From Hydrolagus affinis (taxonomy: Eukaryota): a stretch of 64,000 bases of DNA. Both the position numbers and the translations under genes were made by a program. Below, piece after piece: positions 12,971-26,380 of this stretch. The stretch is taken from assembly GCA_012026655.1 (NCBI GenBank), contig JAAILG010000231.1, forward strand, positions 1 to 64,000, given 5' to 3'. The notes under the pieces were generated by a model. The model ran no database searches and was not told the DNA's origin. It worked only from the letters and a program-made list of their open reading frames with translations. Each line of letters starts with the position of its first letter. The first letter of the stretch is position 1.

Positions 12971-15029
12971 CATTAACTTTAATGCATTCATTAATAAAAT
13001 TTGGTTAAGACATAACTTTATTGTTTTGGGTGCATGGTGCAGCATCACACATATGAATACAGTGCCCACAACCTGCATTTATTACCAGTAAACCTATCAA
13101 TATTATTCTAAAACAGCAGGATGTACATACATTTTAGTACAAAAAAATCTAATCCTCAAGCAGATATTTTCTATGTTATTATGTTTCTAACATGAACCTA
13201 TTTTCTATTCAGTTTCCAAATTGTTAAAACAAGAAGGAAACTGAAAACAGTGAGAATTATTTATATCAGTTTGACCACTGCTCAAATTTGACCCATCATT
13301 ATTGAATTAGATGCACTGTAATCATTAGTCTTCCACATAATTCACACACAGTTCTTCTATTGATTGAATTTCCCTTTTGAATGAAATGCTTTTATTTATA
13401 AATCCTTTAAACTTTCCTTGATATTAAGGTATTGTCACACATGATGAATTATTGTAAGCATGTCACCACATAGTGGAAGTCAAGTACAATTGAATGATAC
13501 TCAGTCGGAATTAGATTTGGCATGATATTCTGAAAAAAGGACTCAATTCAGAGTTTCCACTTGCTTCCGTTAAACTTGTCACTTGTAGGTACTGGAGTGC
13601 TTGTTGTGTTAGTTTAATTAGTCAACAAATTGTTTGATACTTGATTACACGGCTGATCACATTCTTGATGGAGATATTAACCACTGACGAGAGTCTCTCG
13701 CTCACTGGACTAAAAAGAAGACAAGCTCTTCTATATCATTCCATTTGTCGCTGCCAATATTTATTAGATCATGCACCCCATGCTGCCTGACTAAGAGTGA
13801 GAGGCAAGAATTTTTTTTTGCAGACTTATGCTCATCTGAGCTTAAAAAGAAGGTCACTGAGCAATTGGTGTGCGGGAAGTGTAAATAAGATAAGTGTTTG
13901 CTCCTATGATGCCTTAGAAATTCATTATTTGCTACTGTTGCTTCAGATATCCTTTTGAACTGTTTCACTTAAGGATAATTTATGACAAGAACGGAGAGGT
14001 TCTTGAAAGTACTATAGTAACTGGAGCTGAATGCTTATTCCACAGCCTGAGTATATAGCCAAGAATTGTCTGTACACAGGTTGCATTTCTATTTGGAATT
14101 TAAGATGAAAACAAAAATGATTTAATGTGCTATGAAATCAATGGGTTTACTTCGGTGTAAGCACTATTGTTAATTTACTGTCAACTTTTTTTTGTTGGTA
14201 CAAATTACTATGCTAATAAAACGTTCTCATCGCAAGGCTAGTGAAAAGGGAATCATCGAGTCAGAGTTTACAAAAGGATTTCTCTATTCATGTTTTGGCA
14301 AGCCTTAACAACAAAAGGGGAGTGGATCCTTTTCATGTTATAGTTTTTCGAAAAGTATCTGAATGAGCTCACAGTACTTTTACTAAGACGTGGATTTTGT
14401 TTTTTAACATTCCTTTGCTAAAGCAGATGAAAGGTCTTTACTGTCACAAACAGACTTGGAATTGGTGCAAACACAGATTTGGCAATTTCACCTAAGGATT
14501 GTTAGAGACACTTTATTTAAATGTAATTCTCTGTTTAAATATGCATATTAATCCAGAAATGTATGAATGATTTGAATCCAAAATAAAATATATACTCATT
14601 CACTAGAGTTCCTCAATGAAATTGCAACCACATCCATACTGGGCCTCTGAGAAAGCACAGCAATAGGAGCTTATGCTTGGGGAAAGTATTGGTTGGGACA
14701 CTGGGTTTCTCAATTTTGTGAAAAATTGATTGGAATCGATGTTCACAATTTCACACTAAGTATATTTGCACAATAATAAGTATGTCAGTTTACATTTTTT
14801 TAGAGCAAATTTCATTGTTTATAACCAAACTACTTTCTGCTGAATTATTACGTTTGGGAAAATCATCACAAGAGTTTTATTTTACTAAACTATGATTAAC
14901 GGATGACATGTATTAGACATGTTGGAAGATCTTAACACATGAACCTCACAATCATCTCATCCTATGGCAATATCTCAGTTTTTCTTTTCAATGAACTGCT
15001 AAGAGTTGACAACAGAAAGAAATAAGCTG

Positions 15030-15400
15030 TCATCCTTTTTTATTTGTGCAGTTTGATAGCCAGACGCTGCCAGTTGTTGCTAGGGCAGTCATGCTGTTAA
15101 ATTAGGTCTAATGAACAAGTAATTGCTTTATATATAGTGAACAGTTTCAAAGAAAACAAGGATTCTAATTGATTTGCAATTTGTTTGGCACATTGCATTG
15201 TCCAGGGTACTATTGATTAGTCTTCTGTATTTCACACTGCATGTGTTTCCCTTTATTAAGGGAATAACAGGTTACTGATTACTTTCCTCCTGGGTTTAAT
15301 GTAGCGGTTAATGTCTACTTTGTTCCTGTGTCATGTTGCAGGGCATGGAGGAATAATATGCAAGTGGGTGGCCCTTTGCTAAGAAAGTTCCCCACTGGTG
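15030..15400. promoter_or_regulatory. Candidate conserved non-coding enhancer
   Basis: Repeat-free and motif-dense: RFX-like GTTGCTAGGGCAG (15076-15088), several TAAT/ATTA cores, FOX-like TGTTT, and overlapping CAAGTG and GLI-like TGGGTGGCC (15361-15373). Conservation cannot be tested here. Confidence 0.4.
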
Positions 15401-18400
15401 TGAGCTGTGTATTCCATGGTACGCTGAAAGGCAGATCAGTGAAAAGGGTTAGAATAGCAAGAGTCATAGGTTATGGCCTGTGCAAGACCAGCACAGGACT
15501 GCAAACTTAGCTTTTCACATGAGATGTCAGTCCCATATAGTATTAGCAAGCATATTTTTTATATAAATTCCAAGAAAATGACTTAAAACAGAAGGAGAAA
15601 TGTATGTTTAGAGATTGTCACGTTTTAAACTTAAAAGAACTGAACATTAAATTTGGACATAACATTTTATCAAATCAAGTACTGAGATGCATAGGAGGTA
15701 CAGTGTAATTTTTTTTAAAAAAATACATTAATTACTTTCACTATACTTTTCGTGAAATGCGGTAGGTTGGATTAAACTGCCTGTTGCATGAAATTATTGC
15801 TTCATCTTTGAAAGATGCAGAGAAAATAACTGAATGAAAGTATCTAATTGTGCAGAATAATTACTGCAAAAGTACAATGATTGATGAAGAAAACTGTAGC
15901 CTGTGAACATTCAATTGCATGTTAGCTAATTGTTAATTTTAGCAAATGCTATGGCTAATTATTGCGGCACACATCAGCTATTAGCATAATGCCCCACCAC
16001 CTGCTTTTTCGTATGAGCAGATTTCTCCATTGCAGGCAGCAGAGCAATTATTGGCCATCAGTGGGCAATTTTTGTGCTATTCTTTTGTGTGAATTGAATG
16101 AAATATAACAGCATATTTTATTAGAGGGCAAATAGCTGTTTGCCACTGACAGGAGCTTCATATCCCAGAGTCCCAATGTTTACAAAAGTAAGGCTCACCG
16201 AAGTGCTGGGAAATTCCACACATTCTCTTTTTATTTCACAAATATACAAAATTTAGCCTCAAAAACAATCAACAATGTTCCAGGCTTCACCAAGGTATTT
16301 TATAGATTACAGAAAATATGATTCTGCAGTTAAATTTCTTTAGTTTACTATTAAATTCAAAATCAAAATCCATAAGTATATGTTTTTAACTACTGAATGG
16401 CAGCAAATTACTGATTATATTTAAAAAGTATTTGATCAGATAATTGCATTCCAAGCAGTCCCGTGGCCATAAGATATAGAAAGCCCATTAAACACCATGT
16501 TTTAGATTGTTTTGCGGAACCTACATTTACACCACAGATTAAACTGTATTTAAGTTTACCATGTGCTATTTGAACTTGAAAATTGGAAGAGAATTTAACT
16601 TCACAGGGTTTTCAATTATCTTGTTCACATAGAGTGTGAACTGAACAATGATTGTTTAGCATGTTTTCCTGGATTTAGTCGGTTTAATTGACCAGAAAAA
16701 ATCCAATAAGTCTGCTCAGGCAGAAATGTAACATACACCATTCATTGCTTTGATACATACAGTTAGCAGAACATTGATGGCACAGAATTTAAATTTATCA
16801 TATTCACTAATTTGAAGCTCATAATCAATTTCCATAGTTCACATGTGATGAGTTATATTTTACATTGACCTGAGATAACATGACATGTACCTCACTACAA
16901 CATAATAAAGATTACATAATTGACAATGCTTCGTCTACATAAAGACTGCTAATCTGAATTTGCCACTTCGCAGACACACCACATGAAATTGACCAGGAAA
17001 GAGAATTCTGATACAAACAATAGGTTAATAATACAATTGACAAATATAACACAGTAGCAAGCTACTGGCATGTCTGGCAAAACAGTCTGATAAACATAAT
17101 TACTACAAAACATTTAGCTTTGTTTTCCCATCCATTTTGGTGGTTTACTTTTTTTTAACTTTTAAAAAAAATTCAGATAATGCCTTTCAGTCATCTAAAA
17201 TGCTTTTTTTTTCAATTTACACTGGCAATGGGTAAAACTCTGTATCAGTATTTCTATCAATTCTTTCACAAGAAGCAAAGAATAACTACAATGAAATCAG
17301 CTGATCAATAATACCTTCCTCACTCTTTAGACTGTCAGCAATACCAGGGAAAGGTTGGTCTTTCTAGCCAGCCATTGAGGTTTTCAGATCACACATCCTG
17401 ACATAAACATTAATTCCATGACATAGAATTAGTAGTTATTTGTATTACTTTACATTTAACTTTTACTGAGACACAAAAGGGAAAGTTGCCCAGGTCAGAG
17501 AGCACAGTATCAAAAATGGTGGAGAGCCAAATCAAGGGTCATGGGACATCACCTAGTACAATACATCACCAAGGTTGAAAGCATCAATAGAATATGACTG
17601 AAGTAAACAAACAAAATATGTCAAGAAATAGAAATTAATGTGTTATCTTGCCCATATGAATTATGTAAATATGAATTATATCTGGGAAATAAAAGTTGTG
17701 CTATTTTAAATGACATTTTAGCCAGTACACTATTCAAAAGAGATGCCTGAGATTTGGAAAACAGCTAACATAAAGCCATTTCAAAATAAAAAGTCAAAAA
17801 AAAATCAGAAGCTATTGGGCAGTACATTTTACATATTAACTCTGAACTTTGAAATAAGTCTTGAGATTTTGTGGATGAACATTTGGAAAAGCTTAACATG
17901 CTAGTAGATGGATAGTCTCAAAGCATAGGGAGAGGAGGACATGTTTAACTAGGCAGAACAACCTTTGGATGTCTCAAAGGAACTCTTATTAGCAGCATCC
18001 CTGAACTGAGAACAAGTGGATCAGGGTTGCAAACTTGAGAAGTTAGCGAGCTGATCGTAGAGCTAAACTGTTTAGTTAACTGGACAGGCACATCATCACT
18101 TGCATACTTTGAGGCAGGGGGAAAATGCTACTTTCAGCTTGTGTCCTGCAGACTGCAGAGCATCATTAATATTTTCTGTAGTGTGGCACTCTCAGCACTT
18201 ATTGCTCTCTTGAAGTGGGAGGCTTGAGGGAGGAGTTGACTCCGGCACCAGTTTATTTGCTACTGATGGATTCTCAGGTGACCTCCATCCTTTTAAGATA
18301 TGGCCAGTGAAGGTCCTGAGATCGTAATAATATCTTCTTGCTTTTACTGTTTCCGCTCTTCGATAGTCACTGAGACTGGCACATTTCATTTCTTTGTAAT

Positions 18401-18837
18401 CATTGGATTATCTTCCACCTCCTCCTCCTCATCCAACCTCTTATACAATGATGTATTTTATATAAACAGTTAGAAATTGCAGCTAGAAACCCCCTTACCT
18501 GAGGCCTCCATTAGGTTCAGAATTTGCGTCTTCTGTTTTAAAAAAAATGTAGAGGAAATTAACACTACAAAAGTGTTGAGGTTAAATAGAAAGATAAATT
18601 TTAACCTACCTCTTTGACCGCACATATGGTCACCTACCTCTTCCCCACTTCTTCCTTGCTCAGCGTCCAATTTTCAATCATTTACTGACATAAGAAACTA
18701 TGACACATTCATTAATAGAACTCAGATAAATTTTCATATGATAAATCACGTAGCTCAGATGATTTGTGCACATTTATCATAGAAATAACTTTAATGCCCA
18801 TATATTCTCATATAATGTCATTGTAAATGTATGCTTT

Positions 18838-18972
18838 AATTCATCTTGGCTGTTGCATTGATTTTGCCCACAAAACATACAGTCAATCCACTTTACAGTA
18901 TATTCTGTGAAGTAGTTTGAGACATCTCGATGACGTGAGAAAGTGCTATATCAAATGCAAGGATTATAATAA
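18838..18972 (+). mobile_element. SINE family A 3' fragment (left arm of a foldback)
   Basis: gcccacaaaacatacagtcaatccactttacagtatattctgtgaag...atatcaaatgcaaggattataat. Confidence 0.82.
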
Positions 18973-18974
18973 TT

Positions 18975-19216
18975 AAAATAATAATCCTTGCATTTGATAT
19001 AGTGCTTTCACATCTTCTAGTCTAAAAGCACTTCACAGAATATATTGTAAAGTGAATTGACTGTATGTTTGGTAGGCAAAATCAATGCAACAGCCAAGAT
19101 GAATTTAAGGCTAGATCTACAATGGGCAAAACGCGGCAGCCAATTGCGCACAGCAGTATCCCACAAACAGTTGTTGATTGAAAAGACTAATTTTTTTTTG
19201 AGGGATTATTATCAGG
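18975..19216 (-). mobile_element. SINE family A fragment (right arm of a foldback, with an internal duplicated segment)
   Basis: Reverse-complement tail ataataatccttgcatttgatatag, extending to gcggcagccaattgcgcacagcagtatcccacaaacag...gagggattattatcagg. Confidence 0.82.
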
Positions 19217-21354
19217 CATGTGAAGTAAGGAAGCTTGCTGAGGGTTTTGCCCTATCTGGAATTAAACATAGTTATTATTAATGGTATTGATTAGTCAGAC
19301 TTCAACTGGATACAGTATCATTTGGGTGTTCGTTACACAAGGGGTCTCCAAATCCTGAGAATCAATGAATGAGTGCAAAGAGACTGATATTTTAAGAAGT
19401 GGTATGAACAATAATTTGATATACTGAGGCTCTTTAGCTTGGAAGAGGCATATAATGTGATATATGATGTTTAACATAATTTAAATCTGGAATAATTATT
19501 TCAGATATGCCGAGGCTGCAGATCAAAAAGGTACAGATTTAGGGTTGTTGATAATAAGTAATAATGATATTTCATTTGGCATAGCACCTGTCATGTCAGG
19601 AGAAAGCCTCTAAGCAGTTAATCCTGGACTATAGAGACGAGTAACTCTACAATAACAACAACTTGCATTAATATTGCGCTCTTCATGCCAGGTGGCATCT
19701 CAGAGTGTTTTACTATGACGGAGCCCGAGGCTGAGCCAGGGGGAGGGGGATGGTGACCCTAAGCATGGTCTACGAGAAAAGTCTTCAGTTGTGACTCTAT
19801 GTGAACCAAAGCAATTTATAACAACAACTTAGATTTATATTGTGCCCTTCAATTTCCAATTATCAAAATGTTTAAAAGTAAATACATTTTACAAACACCG
19901 AAGGATAGTTAACAGCTAGAAATGGGTGATTGACACCAGGATACTTTAAGACGTGGCTAGGCTGGGAAGAGAGTCAAATTAGTATTCTGGAAGGACAAGA
20001 TGAAACAAGCTGAAGCATCTTCATCTAAACCTCTCTTGTGGCCAATGTAACAGATGATGGAAGAACAATTTTGTACCAAATCATCTCAGGCTTCATTAAG
20101 AGAAAAGTGTACAACACAGAAATGTGTTCTCAAGAGGTAACAAAACAATTTCTAAAAAACAAAGAGAGCTGCAATTTCCATATGCATAGATAGATACGAG
20201 TTGTTGTATCCACTCTAATGTTTTACAGTTGTTGGGATAGTTCAAATTAACACTAGCTGAACTGGCACATCTTCAGAACTATATTTGACAGAATACATCA
20301 TCCATTGATTTAAGTATCATGGTTATCCATAGACTGAATGGACTTAATTTTACGAGCCAAAAATTATTTGTGTGAATAACCAAATTATGAATTGTAATAA
20401 GCAAAGTGTTGAGTTTTGACTTGTCTCTCATGGGAGCATTTACTTGTTCTAGGTTTAATCATTATTGATGGAGGCCGTAGATCTGGAGATGCAAAATGAA
20501 AGCTCAAAGATGATGCAACCACCATGCTTATCATCTATCCTCCCAGCCTATTCAGCTGAAGGATATGATTTCATATGTAAATTAATGACCATTTTGAAAG
20601 TATGGGTGAAGTGTAATAAATACAGTCTTTGTATAAACCACTAGAAAAATCTGTAATTTAATGAAAATGTAAAGTATTTTCCAACCATCAAAATATACAA
20701 AGTAAATGCATTTTACAAAATGAATGCTTGAAGAGCAATTCAGACTGCATATCAATTATTTAGGTTAGAAGAAACTCTAAAGCGCAGGGTTGCAATATTT
20801 AAATATTTATTTCCTGATCAATTTGGACCTCTCTACCACAAGCAAAACAACTGAGCTAAGCAAGTGAGGTCTCTGAAAAAACAACATAACAAATTAGTAC
20901 TAAAATAGGTCACTCTACATTTCAGTAAGTTTGGACCCAATTGAGAATTTTACCCTCTGTCGTACTTAGTGCAAGGAGAGAGAAATAAAAATAATATCCA
21001 CTATTTCACAAAGAAACCTTTTGAAGAAATGTGCAAGTCGAAGAAAGTCTATTTATTGCACTTCATCTGCCAGGTCACAAATAAATTGATAACATAACCA
21101 CTTCTTTTTAGAGTATTTCAACAACATTTAGAAGGCAGTTTCTTCTGCGTTTCAAGACATGAGCATTACCATGTATATTTATAATCTATTCTGATTGCAC
21201 ACACAAAAATTGCAACATCTGTTTTATTCATGACAGTTGTCACAGATTTTGATATACGGTAATATCAAAATGTCTTTGCAAGGAATTTCTGTAACTTGAT
21301 TATGCATTTGCAGGTGAAAGGGGAGAGCCAGTATGGACACTATATAACACAAAA

Positions 21355-21648
21355 ATAGCGCCATGAGTGAATGATTAATTTTACGTGGGGGATCATTGCC
21401 CAGGATACTGGGAAAAACCTTCCTTCTCTTTTCAAATAGTAACCTGGCATCTCTATTGTCCCATTGACAAACATATTGGAATTTGGGTTAACATCTCATC
21501 CAAAAGATTGGCACTCCTGACAATGCAGTGTTCTCCCAGCATTACACTAGAATATTAGTCTTGACTATGAGCTAAACATCCTGATGTGGAGCTTTGAATC
21601 TGCGACCTTCTGACCTACAGAGGTAAATGCTTCAAATTAACCAAACTA
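21355..21648 (-). mobile_element. Degenerate Deu-type SINE
   Basis: ttaacatctcatccaaaagattggcactcctgacaatgcagtgttctcccagcattacactagaat...gaatctgcgaccttctgacc is the reverse complement of the Deu-type body. Confidence 0.6.
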
Positions 21649-24440
21649 CAGCCTTTTCTCTTAAAGTTTTAAACTTTGGGATCATGTGCAATGTTTTCTC
21701 ACTGATGGAAGTATAACCGTTTTTCCTATGATTTGTATAGCTCAATCATATTATATCCAAGGTTATAACATCTATTTGAACACAATCCTTCTGTATCATA
21801 TGAAAATACAGACAGTGTATTTTCGCCAATTATTTATAGGTGTCAGTATGCTTCCCTGGACCATGACGATTTGAGACATATGGAAGATGTGAACAACGCT
21901 ATATCAAATGCAAGGACTATTATTATGGTATAATTGATTGCTTCTTTGAATAAACTACCTACATATTATTTGTGGTCAGAACTGAAATAGTCTATAGGAA
22001 AACATAAGTCATTGCAAGTTGTTTTTGTTGGTTTTACTAAGCATCACAATTTTACCTGCTTGCAACCGAGCATACAGCTCCGTTAGCAAAGAAGTATAGG
22101 AAATCATCTATCCCTATTCCATTACTTTAACTTCCAGAAAAACTTTTCTTTATTTGTTATCTGAAAACTTTGGTATTTATTTTGCTAAACGTAAGATGTT
22201 TCTTATAACTTGCAGTTCCCAATCTAAACACAACAAATGCATTTATATAGTGTCTTTCATGTCGGGAGGATGTCCAAAGGCACTGGACAGTCGAAGGTTT
22301 GCACTCAGACTGGGTGAACAGATAGGAAAGGTGAATATGTATGGTTGCAAGTGTGTTTTTTTAAAAAAAATGTTGATGCTTTAAGAGAAATTAAAAGAAA
22401 AACACCTCAATTCATTAACAATTAAATGATTAATTTTTGCCCTTGAAATTGTCATTTTAACCCTTTCACAAACTAATTTCATTATCACAATCAAAATGCA
22501 TTATCGCTGTTGAGTAAACTTGATGAAATGATTTCTTAATTTTTTTCAATGTGGTAGATTTTGATTTGTACTATTGTAGGACACTGCTGGCCAATTTAGT
22601 TGCCTTATTTACTTTACATAATATTCTCTTCAATTCTAATTCATTTCATTATGTAACACGCTTTGAGGCATGTTTCTTATGTAAAAGGTGTTATACAAAT
22701 GTAAGTTGTGGTTACTTCATTTACAGGGTGTTGTACAAAACTGAAATATATTGAAAAAGGAAACCAACAATGAAAAGCCCAAAGTAGATTATTCTATTCC
22801 TGAGGTATTTTGCTCAATGTTTCTTTATGTTGGTGCCAGTAAATAAACTGAAGGTTTGATGCATCTCCATGGCTTTAATGGGTTGCTATGCTGTCACCTG
22901 CAGCCTTTTTATTAATATGTGTGTAATGGTCAACCATAAAAGGAAAACAAGGGTCAAGCTGGGTACTCCTTCAGTGGGAAATTAAAATAAAAAAGATGTC
23001 TAAACAATGAAGAGAAAATCAGCAAATGTCTAAATCTGCCAATAGCCAAGTCTGCAGCATAAAGCCAAACCACAATTAGTCATACACCTACAGTAATTTT
23101 CTGGTGCCATAGAAAATCTCGTCTAAAATCAGAAATTGCTATTTCTAAACATTTATTCCACCAAATGCTAGCTAATTGCAGCAACGGCTATTACATAATG
23201 AATAATTTTCACTCGGAAAAAGAAGAGAACATTTTCTCTTTTTATTCCTCCGGGAAGCTCTATTCAGTGAATGCTGAATGCACAGCGTTTCACTGAAACA
23301 TTTATTATGCTGAGAGGTCAAGTATTACACAGCATCTTGTATTACGCTTTGCATGCTAAGTATTTCACTTCTCCAATTGACCCTTCGGTGTACTTTGCTT
23401 TACAACCGGCTAAAATGCAGGACAATTAGCAATACTTTTGTTACCAGTTAACAATCAGAACTGTCAAGGCAAGTGATTGCATTTACAGTACTTTTTCACG
23501 AAATTGCTGATTGACACATTCAGTCGGCTCAGAACTGCATGGCACCAACAGGTATAAGGAGTCTCCTATGAACAATCTTTGAATGTTCATAAACTGTATT
23601 CCGTTACAATGCAATTCAACCATGTTTCAGTTTGGGTTAAATGAATGAAGTGTACATTTTGACGTAATTATTAAAAAAAAAGTCGGAAGCTTCAAATTTA
23701 AAAGCACATTGGCAATTTTCCTTTCCTTTTTAATTGTTATTAATCTAAAGTTTTATGTGAAGGACTTATCAAACCGAGAATACCCATGGTCCACTGGAAT
23801 GTGTGAGCTTCATTTAAACTACACAAGTTTTTTTTTCTTTGGATATGGTCAATGACATTTTTTTGTTGCAGCTCTGAAAAAAGGTTTTGAAACTCCACCA
23901 ATTGTGAAATGCTCTACTGTCCATTCTGGTGATTATCCAACACCCTCCAAATTACTAAAAGAGGGATTTGCTTTTATCAGCCTGTCTTTTTCATGCCAAT
24001 TGCTAAGGTTGAACTAATTTGAGTTGAAAATGTCTGAGTCGTGGGCGAAAAAATTCTAGAATACTGTATCTAAGGTTTACCTCTTCAGACTGAACTATAT
24101 CAAGTCTCCATGTAACTAAGAATTGATATTTGCCAAATATGCTGTGAATCAAAATTCCTTCAGAAAAAAAACTTCACTCCTGATCTAGCAAGGATACACA
24201 GTCATTCAAAAGCAGAAAACTAAACTGACCACAATGTTTTCTTAATTTGATTGTATTACACCACAGCCTTAACATAAAATTAGTAGAAACATTATATCTT
24301 AGTCTGTGTTTGTTCTATTCTTGTAGCATTTTAAACCCTTTAGAATTCATGCTTAATTTTCAAGTACTTAAATGAATTTACAGAATTCAGTCTTTATTTA
24401 AGAAATTTGTTAAGTTCAGCATGATCTAAAATGTTAGATC

Positions 24441-24912
24441 AATAACAACAACAACTTTGATTTATATAGCGCTCTCCATGCCAGAAGGCGTCTCAGAGCG
24501 CTTCACAATAGCGGATCCCAGGACCGAGGCATGGGCAGGGGTAGAAAGGTGACCAAAGGCGCGATCGAAGAGAATGGTCTTCAGCTGGGACCTGAAGCTG
24601 AGAAGAGAGTGGGTGAGATAAAGGTAGTGAGGAAGGGAATTCCAGAGCTTCGGGGCATAGTGGCTGAAGGCACGGCTGCCGAGGGTGGAGTGGAGGATTC
24701 GGGGACATGGAGGAGGCCAGACTCAGTGGAGCGAAGGCAACAGGTGCTGGTTTGGGGGAGAGGAGGTCAGTGAGGTAGATGGGTGCAGAGGAGTGGAGGG
24801 ATTTGAAGACAAGGGTGAGGATCTTGAAGTCGATCCTCTCTGGGATAGGGAGCCAGTGAAGTCTGGCAAGGCCTGGGGTAATGGGGGAGTAACTGGGGTA
24901 ATGAAGGGAGCG
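24441..24912 (-). mobile_element. 3' end of an L2-clade LINE, relatively young
   Basis: ORF 24493-24987 contains ITPGLARLHWLPIPERIDFKILTLVFKSLH (L2 ORF2 C-terminus). The element ends in a stem-loop plus gcgctatataaatcaaagttgttgttgtt tail. It is GC-rich with CpGs retained. Confidence 0.9.
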
Positions 24913-26159
24913 AAAATCAATAGAATAAATCGACACATATAATTTCTCCAGAGTTGTGCTTGCCATTGATTTCCCCCTAACAAACATGCATGCTTCAAGA
25001 TAACTAGTTAGTGTGAGTTTTACCTTTCAATTATATGTATAAATAGATCCTACATGTCGCTCCTCACTTTCTCCATCTTGTTGGACATTGCCTAGTGTGC
25101 TGGGTAATCAAATTGGCCCTCCATCAAAACACTCAATGGAAGCAGCAAAATAGCATGGCACTATAAGATCCTGTACGTAAAATCAGTAAGTTCTTTCCAG
25201 TTAAAAGCATACTAAGAATTGCAAAAGAGCAATCCTACTTGTTGTATGAATTGGTATTAAACCAATATTCTTGATATATTAATTTTAGGTTTGTGGCAAA
25301 CTACCCTTTGATCAACATGAATGAACACAAAGTAAAAATTATGAACTGAACTGAAGCATGCGGAGTTAACAGAACATATTTCTAAAGTTCACAATGATAA
25401 TAAATATTGGTTGATAGAAATTAGACCTTCTTAAAAAAAAATCTAAACTGGTTGAATAATATTGCAGAAACACTTATCTATTTTAATTGTATTAAGATTG
25501 AAAAGCTCAAGTCTTTGAATTACAAAGATGTATTGATGTTTCTATTAATATTGCAACAGACAGACTGGCAAGATACAAATGATTGAATCTGGAAAAATGA
25601 ATAAGAAATAGAAACACGACTTTATTGATAAATAATATTGAATATTTATCAAAGAGAATACATCTGTTGTCACTTCATTCATGGAGCTATAACATTTCTC
25701 TAGAGGGCAGGTCTCACAGCATTGAAGCAACAAACAACTGTTTATGCGCAAGCTCATTAGTAGTTGTTTGAAAGTCGTATTTCCGACTTTTGAAAACAAC
25801 AACTTGCATTAATATAGCACCCTTCACAGAGGACATCTTCCACAAGAGACAACACTTCTAGGGTCGCTGCATGACGTCACTTCCTGCAAGTTGATCATAT
25901 GGGCAGGCAACTTTCTGATATCACTTCACAAAAGAACTGAGATCCAGACCCTTTGCATAGTGTACATGTACAGTACACAGGAAGTGCCATCAGTGCAACA
26001 CACGGGAAATTATATAAGTAGTAACCTAATGTCACATAAGGTGACAATTTTTTGTATTTCCTTTTAATGCATAGCTCTGTGTTTATGAACCCAGATTTGA
26101 TCAGGTTACTGAGTCAGAAGATTGTAAGTTTAAGATCAACTTTTCCCAAGTCTTCCACC

Positions 26160-26380
26160 CACTATGCCCCTAATCTCTTGAACAGGGAGCCTCAATCCCT
26201 CCATTTCTTTGGGTGTTCAGTTGGATATCAAATGATGTCTTATATAAAAGATGGCACCTCAGGCAATGCAGTGCTTCCCCCCAGGACTGCATTGGAATAT
26301 CAATACAGACAATGTGCTCAAAGTTCTGACGTGAACCCATAATTTTCTGAAGAGGTTAACATGGTACCAACTGAGCCGGA
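26160..26380 (-). mobile_element. Degenerate Deu-type SINE
   Basis: aaaagatggcacctcaggcaatgcagtgcttccc...actgcattggaatatcaa...gtgctcaaag...taccaactgagcc (reverse-complement tRNA head). Confidence 0.55.
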
